Below, in pieces: positions 7,709 through 20,685 of a DNA stretch of 32,000 nt. The translations under genes were made by a program, and so were the position numbers. The DNA is taken from the NCBI GenBank assembly GCA_934647235.1, contig CAKUFG010000003.1, positions 80,578-112,577 of the forward strand, given 5' to 3'. Source of the DNA: an uncultured Clostridia bacterium. GTDB lineage: Bacteria; Bacillota; Clostridia; Christensenellales; Aristaeellaceae. The stretch's first letter is position 1. Each line of letters begins with the position of its first letter. The notes beneath the pieces were generated by a model. The model was not told the DNA's origin and did not search any database. It saw only the letters and a list, made by a program, of their open reading frames with translations.

Positions 7709-7737
7709 ATTATACCAGATATACCACATTTATGCAA
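7709..7737 (-). promoter_or_regulatory. Sigma-A-type promoter of the FbpABC-like operon
   Basis: Minus strand reads TTGCAT (7737-7732), a 17-nt spacer, then TATAAT (7714-7709). The palindrome TTCCGGAA (7698-7705) overlaps the expected transcription start. The leader is about 95 nt. Confidence 0.55.
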
Positions 7738-7823
7738 GTATTTTTTTGCAATTTTTTCAAAATTTGTTGCCGGATCAGTTTTCCGCGTTTTTTCGATTGC
7801 TTTTCATGGAAAAACGCGCATAG

Positions 7824-7856
7824 AAAAAGCCCGCGGCCTTCCATCCGGCCGCGAGC
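7824..7856 (-). terminator. Rho-independent terminator ending the pcrA-ligA-mrfA-trmH-deacetylase unit
   Basis: Minus strand has GCTCGCGGCC, a loop, then GGCCGCGGGC followed by TTTTT (A-run at 7824-7828 on the + strand). It lies about 25 nt after the deacetylase stop. Confidence 0.7.
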
Positions 7857-7878
7857 CATTTTGCCATATTCAACGGCT

Positions 7879-8622
7879 TTATTCCGTCTTCTCCGGCACA
7901 ATGAACTTATCCGGATTGGCATGATAGTAAACCAGGCCGGGCTTTGCCCCGCCGTCGTAATAGGAGAAGATTTCCTCCAGCGACAGCACCTGATAGCCCT
8001 GCTCCACCAGCCAGGGAATGAACAGGTCCACCGCGTCGGCCGTGGCCTCATAGGTATCGTGGCACAGGATGATATCGCCGTTTTTTACCTGCTGCTTGAT
8101 GGTTTCAAAGGTCTTCTGGGCGTCGCGGGTTTTCCAGTCCAGCGTATCGATGGACCAGGTAATGATGGAAAGTCCCAGATCGCGGCACACGCCGCACACG
8201 GTATTGTTCCACGCGCCGTAGGGCGGGCGGACAAAATGCACCTCGCGGCCGGTCATCTCGGTAATCTTATCGATGCCGTTGGTCAGCGCGCGGCGGGCAT
8301 AAGCGCTGGACAGCTCGCGCAGGTTCTCATGCGACCAGGTGTGGGTAGCAATATCGTTGCCGCTGGCTGCAACGGCTGCGACAGCCTCGGCGTTTTTGCC
8401 CATGCGGTTGCCCACCATGCAGAAGGTGGCATGGCAGCCGTATTTCTCCAGCGTATCCAGAATGCGCTGCGTGTACTCCGACGGGCCGTCGTCGAACGTC
8501 AGGGCGATCATGGGCTTGGTCGGGTCGATCACGCGCTCGGCCTTCTGCCCGGCTTCCTCCTCCGACAGGGCGGCGGGAGCCAGGCACAGCAGCGCCATCA
8601 GCAGGCAAATCAGTTTTTTCAT
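7879..8622 (-). CDS. Secreted polysaccharide (peptidoglycan/xylan-type) deacetylase, NodB homology domain
   Basis: Signal peptide MKKLICLLMALLCLAPAALS. NodB motifs ALTFDDGPS and IATHTWSHENL are present. ATG at 8620-8622 lies 8 nt after AAGGAG. Confidence 0.9.
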   Translation of the reverse strand: MKKLICLLMALLCLAPAALSEEEAGQKAERVIDPTKPMIALTFDDGPSEYTQRILDTLEKYGCHATFCMVGNRMGKNAEAVAAVAASGNDIATHTWSHENLRELSSAYARRALTNGIDKITEMTGREVHFVRPPYGAWNNTVCGVCRDLGLSIITWSIDTLDWKTRDAQKTFETIKQQVKNGDIILCHDTYEATADAVDLFIPWLVEQGYQVLSLEEIFSYYDGGAKPGLVYYHANPDKFIVPEKTE

Positions 8623-8637
8623 CGGTATCGCTCCTTT

Positions 8638-9360
8638 TTATTGATTCGCAAAGGTATACATGCCGATCGCCGCAGCGATGGACAGGTTCAGCGAGTCGAT
8701 TTCGTGATTATGCGGAATGCGCACCGGCTGCCCCATGGCGGCAAACTCCGCAGGCAGGCCGCTGCCCTCGTTGCCCATAATCAGGGTGAAGGGCGTTTTT
8801 TTCTGCGCCGCAGCCTGATCCAGCGGCACGGAGGCGTCCAGCATGAAGGGATACAGCATATGCTGCGGAAAATCCGCGCGGTAGGCGGCAAAATCATCAT
8901 AATAACGCACGTTCAGGCCGAAAATCGCGCCCATGCTGGCCCGCACCACATGCGGATCAAAGGCGTCCGCCGCCGGGCGGATGATGGCGATATCCCGGTA
9001 TCCGAAGCCCAGCGCCGTGCGCAGCATGGTGCCCAGGTTTCCCTTGTCGCTGGGATGGTGCAGCGCCAGATGACAGCCTTCAGGATTGAGCATGCCCTCA
9101 AACTTATCAAACACCACGGCGGCAAAGCAGTTCTCCTTGCCTGATATACGGCTGAGCGCGCGGTCGGCGTTTTCCTCGCGCACATGATGTGCCGCGCACA
9201 GGGCACGCAGGGCGCGCAGCCCTTCGCTATCTTCCGCGCGGCTGGCCACCAGCAGGCGGCGGGCAAGCTCGGGCCGCTTGCGCATCAGCTCCGATGCGGG
9301 AAACAGCCCCAGCGCGTAGCTATAGGACAGATCGCGGGAATACGCTTCCAAGCTTGGCAT
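8638..9360 (-). CDS. TrmH/SpoU-family RNA 2'-O-methyltransferase
   Basis: SPOUT motifs LIMGNEGSGLP and RIPHNHEIDSLNLSIAAAIGMY are present. The ATG shares its A with the upstream TGA (TGATG at 9358-9362). Confidence 0.88.
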   Translation of the reverse strand: MPSLEAYSRDLSYSYALGLFPASELMRKRPELARRLLVASRAEDSEGLRALRALCAAHHVREENADRALSRISGKENCFAAVVFDKFEGMLNPEGCHLALHHPSDKGNLGTMLRTALGFGYRDIAIIRPAADAFDPHVVRASMGAIFGLNVRYYDDFAAYRADFPQHMLYPFMLDASVPLDQAAAQKKTPFTLIMGNEGSGLPAEFAAMGQPVRIPHNHEIDSLNLSIAAAIGMYTFANQ

Positions 9361-11627
9361 CAGCCTTCCTCCTTTTGCAGCAGCAGATCAATCAGCGCCA
9401 GCGCCGCCGCCTTGCCGTTTTCGCCTACCTCGCCCACCGGCCCCACGCACGAGGGGCATCCATGCCCGCAGGGGCAGTCGCGGGCGATCATGCGCGCATG
9501 GGTAAGCAGGATATCGCGCATGCGATAGGCTTTTTCAGCCAGGCCCACGCCGCCGGGGCAGTTATCATACAAAATCAATGTGGGCTTCTGCGTAAACGGG
9601 CACTTGACCTGATAGGAAATCGCCACGTCCCTGGGCGAGCACATCAGATACAGCGGTGCGACGATGCGCAAAAGATTGGCGATGCCCATCATGCCGTTTT
9701 GCAGGGTATCCTTGTCAAAGCGGGCGGCGTACTCCTCGCGCAGCGTCCACCACACGGCGGTGGTGTGCATTTCGCTTTCGGGCAGCATCACCGGGCCGAA
9801 GCCCAGATTTTCGCCGGTATCGAACTTCATCTTTTTGAACAGCTTGGTGATGGCCGTCACCTTCACCTCGCCCCAGGCAGCGTCCGCACCCTCCTCGGCG
9901 ATATCCAGCAGGCTCAGGCTCACGTTCAGATCCGCGTCGGTGTAATAATCCACCTCCACCCGGCGAACGAAGGCCTTGCAGGCGTCGTAATCCAGGCGCT
10001 CCACCTGATACTGCACGCCCTCATGCAGATAGATGGCGTTTTCGTGCAGCAGCATCGGCACGGTAAAGCGATCCATCTCGCCGATCACGCGCACATGGGC
10101 GGGATCGGTGATATCGTTGATCAGGAAGTTCTCAGTCATGGCCGTGCGCAGGCTGATTTCGCTGGCCGGGAAATCCTCGGCCTGCCAGTGCCAGGTATCC
10201 CCCACATGGCGGATGATGCCCGCCTCGGCCAGGTATTCGCGCATCTCCTCCGCGCCCGGCGCGCCGCCCAGGGTTTCGCCATCCCGGAAGGGCAGCTCAT
10301 AGGCCGCGCACTTGAAATGATTGAGCAGTACATACAGGTTATCCGGGTTAAGCAGCGCGTTTTCGGGCGACTGCCCGAAGAAATACGCCGGATGCGTGAC
10401 GATAAACTGATCAATCGCCGCGCTGGAAGCCACCATCACCGTCAGCGACGTGCCCTTTCTGCGGCCCGCGCGCCCGGCCTGCTGCCAGGTGCTGGCAATG
10501 GTGCCCGGATATCCGCACAGCACGCAGGCGGTCAGCGAGCCGATATCCACGCCCAGCTCCAGGGCGTTGGTGGAAATGACCATATCGATGCTGCCCGCGC
10601 GCAGCCCCTGCTCGATCTCGCGGCGCTGGGCAGGCAGATAGCCGCCGCGATAACCGCGCACGCGCCCGGCGTTACCCACAGGGTCGCGCACCTGATCCTT
10701 GAGACGCTTGGTAAGCACCTCTACCTGCACACGACTTTTGGCAAACACAATGGTGGAAATATGATTGAGCAGCAGCGTCTGCGCCACGCGGCAGGTTTCA
10801 TTGAGCACGCTGCGGCGGATGCCCAGCTGCTCGTTGACCACCGGCGGGTTGTAGAAAATCACATGCCGCTCGCCCAGCGGCGCGCCGTTATCATCAATCA
10901 CCGTCACGGGGCGGCCAATCAGCGTTTCGGCCAGCTCCTTGGGATTGGCGATGGTAGCCGAGCACAGGATGAACTGCGGATGGCTGCCGTAAAACTCGCA
11001 CAGGCGCATCAGGCGGCGCAGGACGTTGGCCAGATTGGAGCCGAACACCCCGCGATAGGCATGGATTTCATCGATGACGATATAGCGCAGGTTTTCAAAC
11101 AGCTTGACCCACTTGGTGTGGTTGGGCAGAATGCCCGAGTGCAGCATATCGGGGTTGGTTACCACCACATGCCCGGCCTGGCGGATGGCGCGGCGCGCCG
11201 CGCCAGGGGTGTCGCCGTCATAGGTATAGGTTTTGATATCCGCGCCCAGCAGCTGAATCAGCTCGTACAGCTCGCTCACCTGATCGGCCGACAGCGCCTT
11301 GGTGGGGAACAGATACAGCGCCCGGGCGTTGGGATCCTTGAGGATGGCGGACAGCACCGGTAGGTTATAGCACATGGTTTTGCCCGAGGCCGTAGGCGTA
11401 ACCACCACAATATCCTCGCCGCGCGCAGCAGCCTCAATCGCCTGCGCCTGATGGGTATACAGCCGCTCCACCCCGCGCTTTTGCAGCATAGGCGGCAGGG
11501 CGGGATCCACGCAGTCCGGCCAGGGCGCATAGCGCGCAGGGCGGGCAGGATCGACATGCCAGTGCGTTACGCACTGCATAAAGGGCGCGTTCCTGCGCAG
11601 CACGTCCAGCAGTTGTTCAATATTCAT
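9360..11627 (-). CDS. mrfA: DEAD/DEAH-box helicase with a C-terminal DUF1998-type four-Cys domain (YprA/MrfA-like DNA-repair helicase)
   Basis: Walker A TPTASGKT and DExH box VIDEIHAYRG, with helicase C motifs. The C-terminal cluster DCPCGHGCPSC is present. The 755-aa length fits the YprA family. Confidence 0.85.
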   Translation of the reverse strand: MNIEQLLDVLRRNAPFMQCVTHWHVDPARPARYAPWPDCVDPALPPMLQKRGVERLYTHQAQAIEAAARGEDIVVVTPTASGKTMCYNLPVLSAILKDPNARALYLFPTKALSADQVSELYELIQLLGADIKTYTYDGDTPGAARRAIRQAGHVVVTNPDMLHSGILPNHTKWVKLFENLRYIVIDEIHAYRGVFGSNLANVLRRLMRLCEFYGSHPQFILCSATIANPKELAETLIGRPVTVIDDNGAPLGERHVIFYNPPVVNEQLGIRRSVLNETCRVAQTLLLNHISTIVFAKSRVQVEVLTKRLKDQVRDPVGNAGRVRGYRGGYLPAQRREIEQGLRAGSIDMVISTNALELGVDIGSLTACVLCGYPGTIASTWQQAGRAGRRKGTSLTVMVASSAAIDQFIVTHPAYFFGQSPENALLNPDNLYVLLNHFKCAAYELPFRDGETLGGAPGAEEMREYLAEAGIIRHVGDTWHWQAEDFPASEISLRTAMTENFLINDITDPAHVRVIGEMDRFTVPMLLHENAIYLHEGVQYQVERLDYDACKAFVRRVEVDYYTDADLNVSLSLLDIAEEGADAAWGEVKVTAITKLFKKMKFDTGENLGFGPVMLPESEMHTTAVWWTLREEYAARFDKDTLQNGMMGIANLLRIVAPLYLMCSPRDVAISYQVKCPFTQKPTLILYDNCPGGVGLAEKAYRMRDILLTHARMIARDCPCGHGCPSCVGPVGEVGENGKAAALALIDLLLQKEEG

Positions 11628-11630
11628 GGG

Positions 11631-15967
<4,337 letters not shown>

Positions 15968-16081
15968 GCGTGCATCCTTTTCATCAAACAGTTGTTCGCG
16001 TTCAGTATATCACATCCGCGCGTAAATTGGAAGCAATAGAAATCAAAAGGGACGGCGCAAATTGCCATGCCCGTTCCGTCT

Positions 16082-16129
16082 TGAATCGCCCAGGGAATTG
16101 CTGCATGAATCGCCCAGGGAATTGATGCA
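16082..16129 (+). repeat. Two tandem 24-bp direct repeats (one mismatch) abutting the -35 of the downstream promoter
   Basis: TGAATCGCCCAGGGAATTGCTGCA (16082-16105) is followed directly by TGAATCGCCCAGGGAATTGATGCA (16106-16129). Each copy contains the small palindrome CCCAGGG. Confidence 0.9.
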
Positions 16130-16135
16130 TTTTGT

Positions 16136-16164
16136 TTTACAAATTGCGCAAAATGTGCTATGAT
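16136..16164 (+). promoter_or_regulatory. Sigma-A-type promoter of the COG2509 flavoprotein gene
   Basis: TTTACA (16136-16141), a 17-nt spacer, then TATGAT (16159-16164). It lies about 30 nt upstream of AAGGAGG and the ATG at 16196. Confidence 0.5.
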
Positions 16165-16195
16165 AATTTATTGTAGAAATCAAGGAGGTGCGCGT

Positions 16196-17791
16196 ATGCT
16201 GCGAGTTGCCGGGCTGAATGTGCCCCTGTGCGCCGATGCGGACGCGCGCGCCTGCGCGCTGGCGCTGAAAAAGCTGCGCCTGACGCAGCAGGATATCACC
16301 TCCTGGCGCGTGGCCAAGCACAGCGTGGACGCGCGCGACCGGGGCGACGTGCACTTTGTGTACGCCGTCGATCTCACCCTGAAGCAGGATGAAGCCGCCT
16401 TTCTCAGGCGCTTAAAGCCCGGCACGGCTGCATTGGCCGCGCCCGACGCGCCCCTTGCTCCTCCCCCTGCCGCATCGCGCGCGCACGCGCCGGTGGTGGT
16501 CGGCATGGGGCCCTGCGGCCTGTTTGCGGCGCTGTATCTGGCCCGTGCGGGCCTTAATCCCATCTGCCTGGAGCGCGGCGAGCGCGTGGATCAGCGTGCG
16601 CGGAGCGTGCAGCGCTTTTTCGATGGCGGCGCGCTGGATGAAAACAGCAACGTGCAGTTCGGCGAGGGCGGCGCGGGCGCGTTTTCGGACGGCAAGCTGA
16701 CCACCGGCATCAAGGATCCCCGCTGCCGCCAGGTGCTGACCATCCTGCATGCGCACGGCGCGCCTGAGAGCATTCTCTATCAGGCGCACCCGCATGTGGG
16801 CACCGATCGCCTGCCTCAGGCAGTCGCCTCCATCCGGGAGGAGATTCTGCGGCTCGGCGGCCAGGTGCGCTTTGGCGCGCGGCTGACGGGCATCGAAACG
16901 CAAAGCGGCGCGCTGCGCGCCATCCGCTATATTGAGCGCGGGCAGGAGCAGGAATTGCCCTGCGAGCAGCTGATCCTGGCTGTTGGCCACAGCGCGCGCG
17001 ACACCTTCCGCATGCTCTGCGACGCGGGCGTGGCGATGGAGCAGAAGCCCTTCTCGGTGGGCGTGCGCATCGAGCATCCGCAAAGCCTGATCAACCGCGC
17101 GCAGTACGGCGCGGCGGCAGACAGCCCCTATCTGGGCGCGGCGGAATACAAGCTGCACGCCAGGCTGCCCGATGGCCGCGGGGTGTACTCCTTCTGCATG
17201 TGCCCCGGCGGACAGGTCATCGCCGCGGCCAGCGAGGCGGGCGGAGTATGCACCAACGGCATGAGCGTATACGCCCGCGATGGGCAGAACGCCAATTCCG
17301 CCCTGCTGGTGGATGTGCGCACGCAGGATTTTCCCGACGCGCATCCCCTGTCCGGCCTGACCCTGCAGCGTCAATGGGAGCAGGCGGCCTTTGCCGCAGG
17401 CGGCGGCGATTATCGCGCGCCCGCCCAGCGCGTGGAGGATTTTCTGCATGACCGCGCCTCGCGCGCCCTGGGCAGCGTCACGCCCACCTACCGGCCGGGC
17501 GTGACCATGGCCGATCTGCGCGCCGTGCTGCCTGCCTATGCGGCGGCCGGGCTCAAGGGCGGCATTCAGCTTTTCGCCCGCCAGCTGCGCGGCTTTGATC
17601 ATCCCGACGCAGTGCTCACCGGCGTTGAAGCGCGCTCCTCCAGCCCCCTGCGCATTCCGCGCGATGAAAGGCTGCAAGCCAACGTGCGCGGGTTGTATCC
17701 CGCGGGCGAGGGTGCAGGCTTTGCGGGCGGCATCATGAGCGCGGCAGTGGACGGGCTGCGTATCGCCCAGGCCGTGGCTGAACGGAACTGA
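16196..17791 (+). CDS. Conserved FAD-dependent protein of unknown function (COG2509-type NAD(P)/FAD-dependent oxidoreductase)
   Basis: Dinucleotide-binding motif VVVGMGPCGLFAALYLARAG, followed by FGEGGAGAFSDGKLTT and C-terminal YPAGEGAGFAGGIMSAAVDG. The start is set at the ATG at 16196 after AAGGAGG. Confidence 0.85.
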   Translation: MLRVAGLNVPLCADADARACALALKKLRLTQQDITSWRVAKHSVDARDRGDVHFVYAVDLTLKQDEAAFLRRLKPGTAALAAPDAPLAPPPAASRAHAPVVVGMGPCGLFAALYLARAGLNPICLERGERVDQRARSVQRFFDGGALDENSNVQFGEGGAGAFSDGKLTTGIKDPRCRQVLTILHAHGAPESILYQAHPHVGTDRLPQAVASIREEILRLGGQVRFGARLTGIETQSGALRAIRYIERGQEQELPCEQLILAVGHSARDTFRMLCDAGVAMEQKPFSVGVRIEHPQSLINRAQYGAAADSPYLGAAEYKLHARLPDGRGVYSFCMCPGGQVIAAASEAGGVCTNGMSVYARDGQNANSALLVDVRTQDFPDAHPLSGLTLQRQWEQAAFAAGGGDYRAPAQRVEDFLHDRASRALGSVTPTYRPGVTMADLRAVLPAYAAAGLKGGIQLFARQLRGFDHPDAVLTGVEARSSSPLRIPRDERLQANVRGLYPAGEGAGFAGGIMSAAVDGLRIAQAVAERN

Positions 17792-17828
17792 TTTTTGATC
17801 TATCCTTGCTTTTTTCCGGAGGTTTTGC

Positions 17829-19415
17829 ATGCAAACGCCCCCTAATAATAACAATCAGAACAGCGGCTACGAGCAGCGCGGCTTCACCGCCGTCCCCACG
17901 GGCGGTCAGCAGCCGGTCGCCGGGCAGCCCTATTACGCCCCGCCCCAGCCGCAGGCTCCCGTGCAGCAGCAGGTGGGGCCCGGCGCGCCGCCGCCCTATG
18001 CGCAGCCTGTTCAGCCCCAGGGGCAACCCTATCCCCCGCAGGGACAGCCCTACCCGCCGCAGGGACAGGCGTATCCGCCCCAGCAGGCGCAGCCTTATCC
18101 CCCGCAGCAGGGGCAGCCGGCAGCGCAGCAGCAGCCCAACGAATACTATCAAAGCGCCTATCAGCCCCAGCAGCCCGATCCCTTCCCGCAGCGGCAGCAG
18201 CCCTATCACGCGCCCAGGCGCCGCAGCTATGGCAGGCTCAATCTGGTTCTGGGCGCGGTCATCGGCGTGCTGATCATCGTGCTGGGCGCCATCGCGGTAT
18301 CCCAGCTGCTGGGCAGCCGGCAGACGCGCACGGCCTATGTCAGCGCGGGCACGCTGGGCTCCAACTATACGGGCGACGCGCTGATTGTACGCAACGAGGT
18401 CATGTACACGCAGGAGGGTATCTCCCAGATTGACTACGTTGCCACCGAGGGCGAGGTGGTCACGCGCGGCAGCGACGTGTGCACGGTGTACACCTCGGGC
18501 TTCAACACCCGCGAGTGGACGACGCTGAACAATTACCGCACCCAGATCAAGGAATACCAAAAGACCCTGCTGGCCGAGACCAACGTGGAGGCCGATTCGC
18601 AGCTCAAGCGCTTCAACGCAAGCGTGCTGGAGCGCGCGCAGGAAACGCAGTCCCTGGTGCAGGGCAAGAGCGGCAACCTGATCAATCAGGAGGAGTTGCT
18701 CAGCAGCATCATCGAGGAGCGTTCCTATTATCTGAAGCAAAAATATGCCGACGATCAGAAGCTGAGCCGTCTCTACGACGATGAAAAGACGCAGCTTCAG
18801 CGCATCGAAACCTGGACGAAGCCCTTCGTGGCGGCCGATCCGGGCATCATCAGCTTCTATACCGACGGCTACGAGCGCGTGCTCACCAGCCAGACCTACG
18901 ATAGCTTCACCCCCGCCGAGGTGCGCAGCATGTACAAGGGCAGCCTGCCCAAGTCCGCAGCGCTGGGCCGCAACGAGGTAGCCGTATACCGCCTGGTGCG
19001 TCAGGGCGGCTACACGGTGCTGATGCTGTGCGACGATGTAGACTGGACGCCCACGGTGGGCGCATCCTACGAGCTGCTGGTGGAGAGCTTTGACAACACC
19101 CGCGTTTCGGCCACGGTGGAATCCGTCACCCGCTCGGAGGGCGAGCTGCTGGTGCGTCTCAGCGTGGTGGGCGACGTATCGCCCGTGCTGTACATCCGTT
19201 CCTGCCATGTGCAGCTGTCCGAAAGCATTTACAGCCTGACCGTGCCGGCCAACGCCATCACCACGCTGGATGGCGAAATGGGCGTGGTTGTTGTGCAGCC
19301 CGACGGCGAGTACTTCCTGCCCGTCACCATCATCAGCCAGGATTCCAACGAGGCGCATATCGTGCCGCAGCTGAGCAACATCCTCACCGTTGGCTCCGTC
19401 GTGGTGGTATATTAA
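17829..19415 (+). CDS. Single-pass membrane protein: P/Q/Y-rich cytoplasmic tail, one TM helix, and an HlyD/membrane-fusion-like extracytoplasmic region
   Basis: GGAGG lies 6 nt before the ATG. Residues 1-135 are Pro/Gln/Tyr low complexity. The TM helix is LNLVLGAVIGVLIIVLGAIAVSQLL. After it come a beta-hairpin, a coiled coil (YRTQIKEYQKTLLAE...LQRIETW) and a beta-rich region. The fold assignment comes from sequence pattern only. Confidence 0.75.
   Translation: MQTPPNNNNQNSGYEQRGFTAVPTGGQQPVAGQPYYAPPQPQAPVQQQVGPGAPPPYAQPVQPQGQPYPPQGQPYPPQGQAYPPQQAQPYPPQQGQPAAQQQPNEYYQSAYQPQQPDPFPQRQQPYHAPRRRSYGRLNLVLGAVIGVLIIVLGAIAVSQLLGSRQTRTAYVSAGTLGSNYTGDALIVRNEVMYTQEGISQIDYVATEGEVVTRGSDVCTVYTSGFNTREWTTLNNYRTQIKEYQKTLLAETNVEADSQLKRFNASVLERAQETQSLVQGKSGNLINQEELLSSIIEERSYYLKQKYADDQKLSRLYDDEKTQLQRIETWTKPFVAADPGIISFYTDGYERVLTSQTYDSFTPAEVRSMYKGSLPKSAALGRNEVAVYRLVRQGGYTVLMLCDDVDWTPTVGASYELLVESFDNTRVSATVESVTRSEGELLVRLSVVGDVSPVLYIRSCHVQLSESIYSLTVPANAITTLDGEMGVVVVQPDGEYFLPVTIISQDSNEAHIVPQLSNILTVGSVVVVY
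18018..18104 (+). repeat. In-frame tandem 21-nt (heptapeptide QGQPYPP) repeats inside the P/Q-rich tail
   Basis: Units at 18018-18038, 18039-18059 and 18060-18080, plus a 24-nt variant at 18081-18104. Units 1 and 2 differ at 4 of 21 nt, all synonymous (ggg/gga, caa/cag, tat/tac, ccc/ccg). Confidence 0.85.
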
Positions 19416-19456
19416 GGAAAACGTCCTGAAATTTACATTCCCAGCGCCCTGAACGG

Positions 19457-19485
19457 TTGCATAATCTTCAATGTTTGTGTATAAT
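19457..19485 (+). promoter_or_regulatory. Internal sigma-A-type promoter in front of sepF
   Basis: TTGCAT (19457-19462), a 17-nt spacer, then TATAAT (19480-19485). It lies about 70 nt upstream of GAGGAGG and the ATG at 19557. Confidence 0.55.
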
Positions 19486-19556
19486 AGGCAGGGTATGCCC
19501 GTGCTATTCCGGGCAATTTTCCAGCCGGGCGGCATGCCGCCGTATGAGGAGGAACC

Positions 19557-20591
19557 ATGGCTTTCCGCAATTTAATGGACAGCGTTAAAAATTTCTTTGG
19601 CCCCAACAATTCTTTCTTCAACGGCCCCCGCGCCGAGGAGGAAGCCGCCTATAATCCCGCCCCGGCGGCCGGCGATGCGGGCTATTACGCCCAGCCGCAG
19701 CAGCAGGCCGCGCCCCAGCAGAGCGCGCAGCCCTATGCGCAGCCGGCCTATGATCCTCAGCCGCAGCAAAGCGCCTATCAGGCCCCTGCCTATCAGCCGC
19801 CCTACCAGCAGCCGCAGCCGGCCTATCAACAGCCGGCTTATCAGGCGCAGCCCTTCCAGCAGCCGCAGCAGCCTGCCCAGCCGCAGATGCAGCAGCCCGC
19901 CTATTCCGCATCCCCCCTGCAGCAGGGCTATCAGCCCCAGCAGCGCAACCGCCGCTCCGCCCAGCACGCGCAGCAGGCCCAGCAGCCCGAGGCTGAAAAC
20001 GTAGTGCCCTTCCCGGGCGCCGCGCAGCAGCCCCAGCAGGCGCAGCCCGCCGCGCAGCCCCAGCAGGGCGCGCCGGCCAAGCAGCTATCCGCCTGCGTGG
20101 TCAACGCCCGCAGCATCGCCGATTGCCGCAACGCCATCGGCATTCTGCGCACGGGCGACTGCGTCATCGCGGTGATGGACAGCATTGCCGACCAGGCCGA
20201 GGTGCGCCGCTATGTCGATACGCTCAACGGCGCGTGCTTCTCCCTGGGCTGCACCATGACGCGGCTTTCCGCCCGCGTGGGCGTGTATCTGCTGGCGCCT
20301 GCCGGCATGCAGGTGTATACCGACCGCACCACCACCCAGATGAACGCGCAGTCCCGCGCCCCGCAGCGCGCTAATCCCGGCGCGCAACAGAATATCTGGC
20401 AGACCCTCCTCGAGCCTCAGCAGGGGCAGATGTCCTATGGGCAGGCCGCCTATCAGCAGCCGGTTAATCCCTTCGCCCCGCCGCAGCCCGTATACGCGCA
20501 GCCCCAGCAGCCCGCCTTCTCGGAGCAGCAGCCCTCCCAGGGCTATGTGCCCGATCACGACGGCGCGGAGTATCACAGCGCGGTCATGTAA
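19557..20591 (+). CDS. sepF: Cell-division protein SepF, unusually long (344 aa)
   Basis: N-terminal amphipathic segment MAFRNLMDSVKNFFG. SepF/DUF552 core: VVNARSIADCRNAIGILRTGDCVIAVMDSIADQAEVRRYVDTLNGACFSLGCTMTRLSARVGVYLLAP. The core is flanked by Q/P/A/Y-rich segments, and divIVA follows. Confidence 0.85.
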   Translation: MAFRNLMDSVKNFFGPNNSFFNGPRAEEEAAYNPAPAAGDAGYYAQPQQQAAPQQSAQPYAQPAYDPQPQQSAYQAPAYQPPYQQPQPAYQQPAYQAQPFQQPQQPAQPQMQQPAYSASPLQQGYQPQQRNRRSAQHAQQAQQPEAENVVPFPGAAQQPQQAQPAAQPQQGAPAKQLSACVVNARSIADCRNAIGILRTGDCVIAVMDSIADQAEVRRYVDTLNGACFSLGCTMTRLSARVGVYLLAPAGMQVYTDRTTTQMNAQSRAPQRANPGAQQNIWQTLLEPQQGQMSYGQAAYQQPVNPFAPPQPVYAQPQQPAFSEQQPSQGYVPDHDGAEYHSAVM

Positions 20592-20601
20592 AAGAATCAT
20601 C

Positions 20602-20630
20602 GGCCATCCGCAAAGATGGCCTGTTTCCTT
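20602..20630 (+). terminator. Weak terminator-like hairpin after sepF
   Basis: GGCCATC (20602-20608), a 6-nt loop, then GATGGCC (20615-20621), followed by TGTTTCCTT. The U-tract is short and interrupted. Confidence 0.35.
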
Positions 20631-20685
20631 ATTATCAGCGCTTATGAACGGAATATGATTACAGCCACGAAAGGAGCCGTTTTCC

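Noticed and set aside
9360-11627. A DEAD/DEAH helicase with DUF1998 could suggest a DISARM-like (DrmA/DrmB) or other anti-phage defence module
   Set aside because: Helicase and DUF1998 are fused in the housekeeping YprA/MrfA arrangement. The gene is translationally coupled to ligA and trmH. No methyltransferase, PLD nuclease, SNF2 or other defence-type neighbour is present, and no mobile-element signature flanks it.
17733-19535. 600-aa minus-strand ORF opposite the HlyD-like gene, plus the 19572-19967 minus and 19597-20004 plus ORFs over the sepF low-complexity region
   Set aside because: These are mirror images or frame shifts of the P/Q-rich coding repeats. They translate to R/L/G-rich or S/P/R-rich strings and have no start signals. 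The + strand frames have good SD sites and recognisable SepF and HlyD-like cores.
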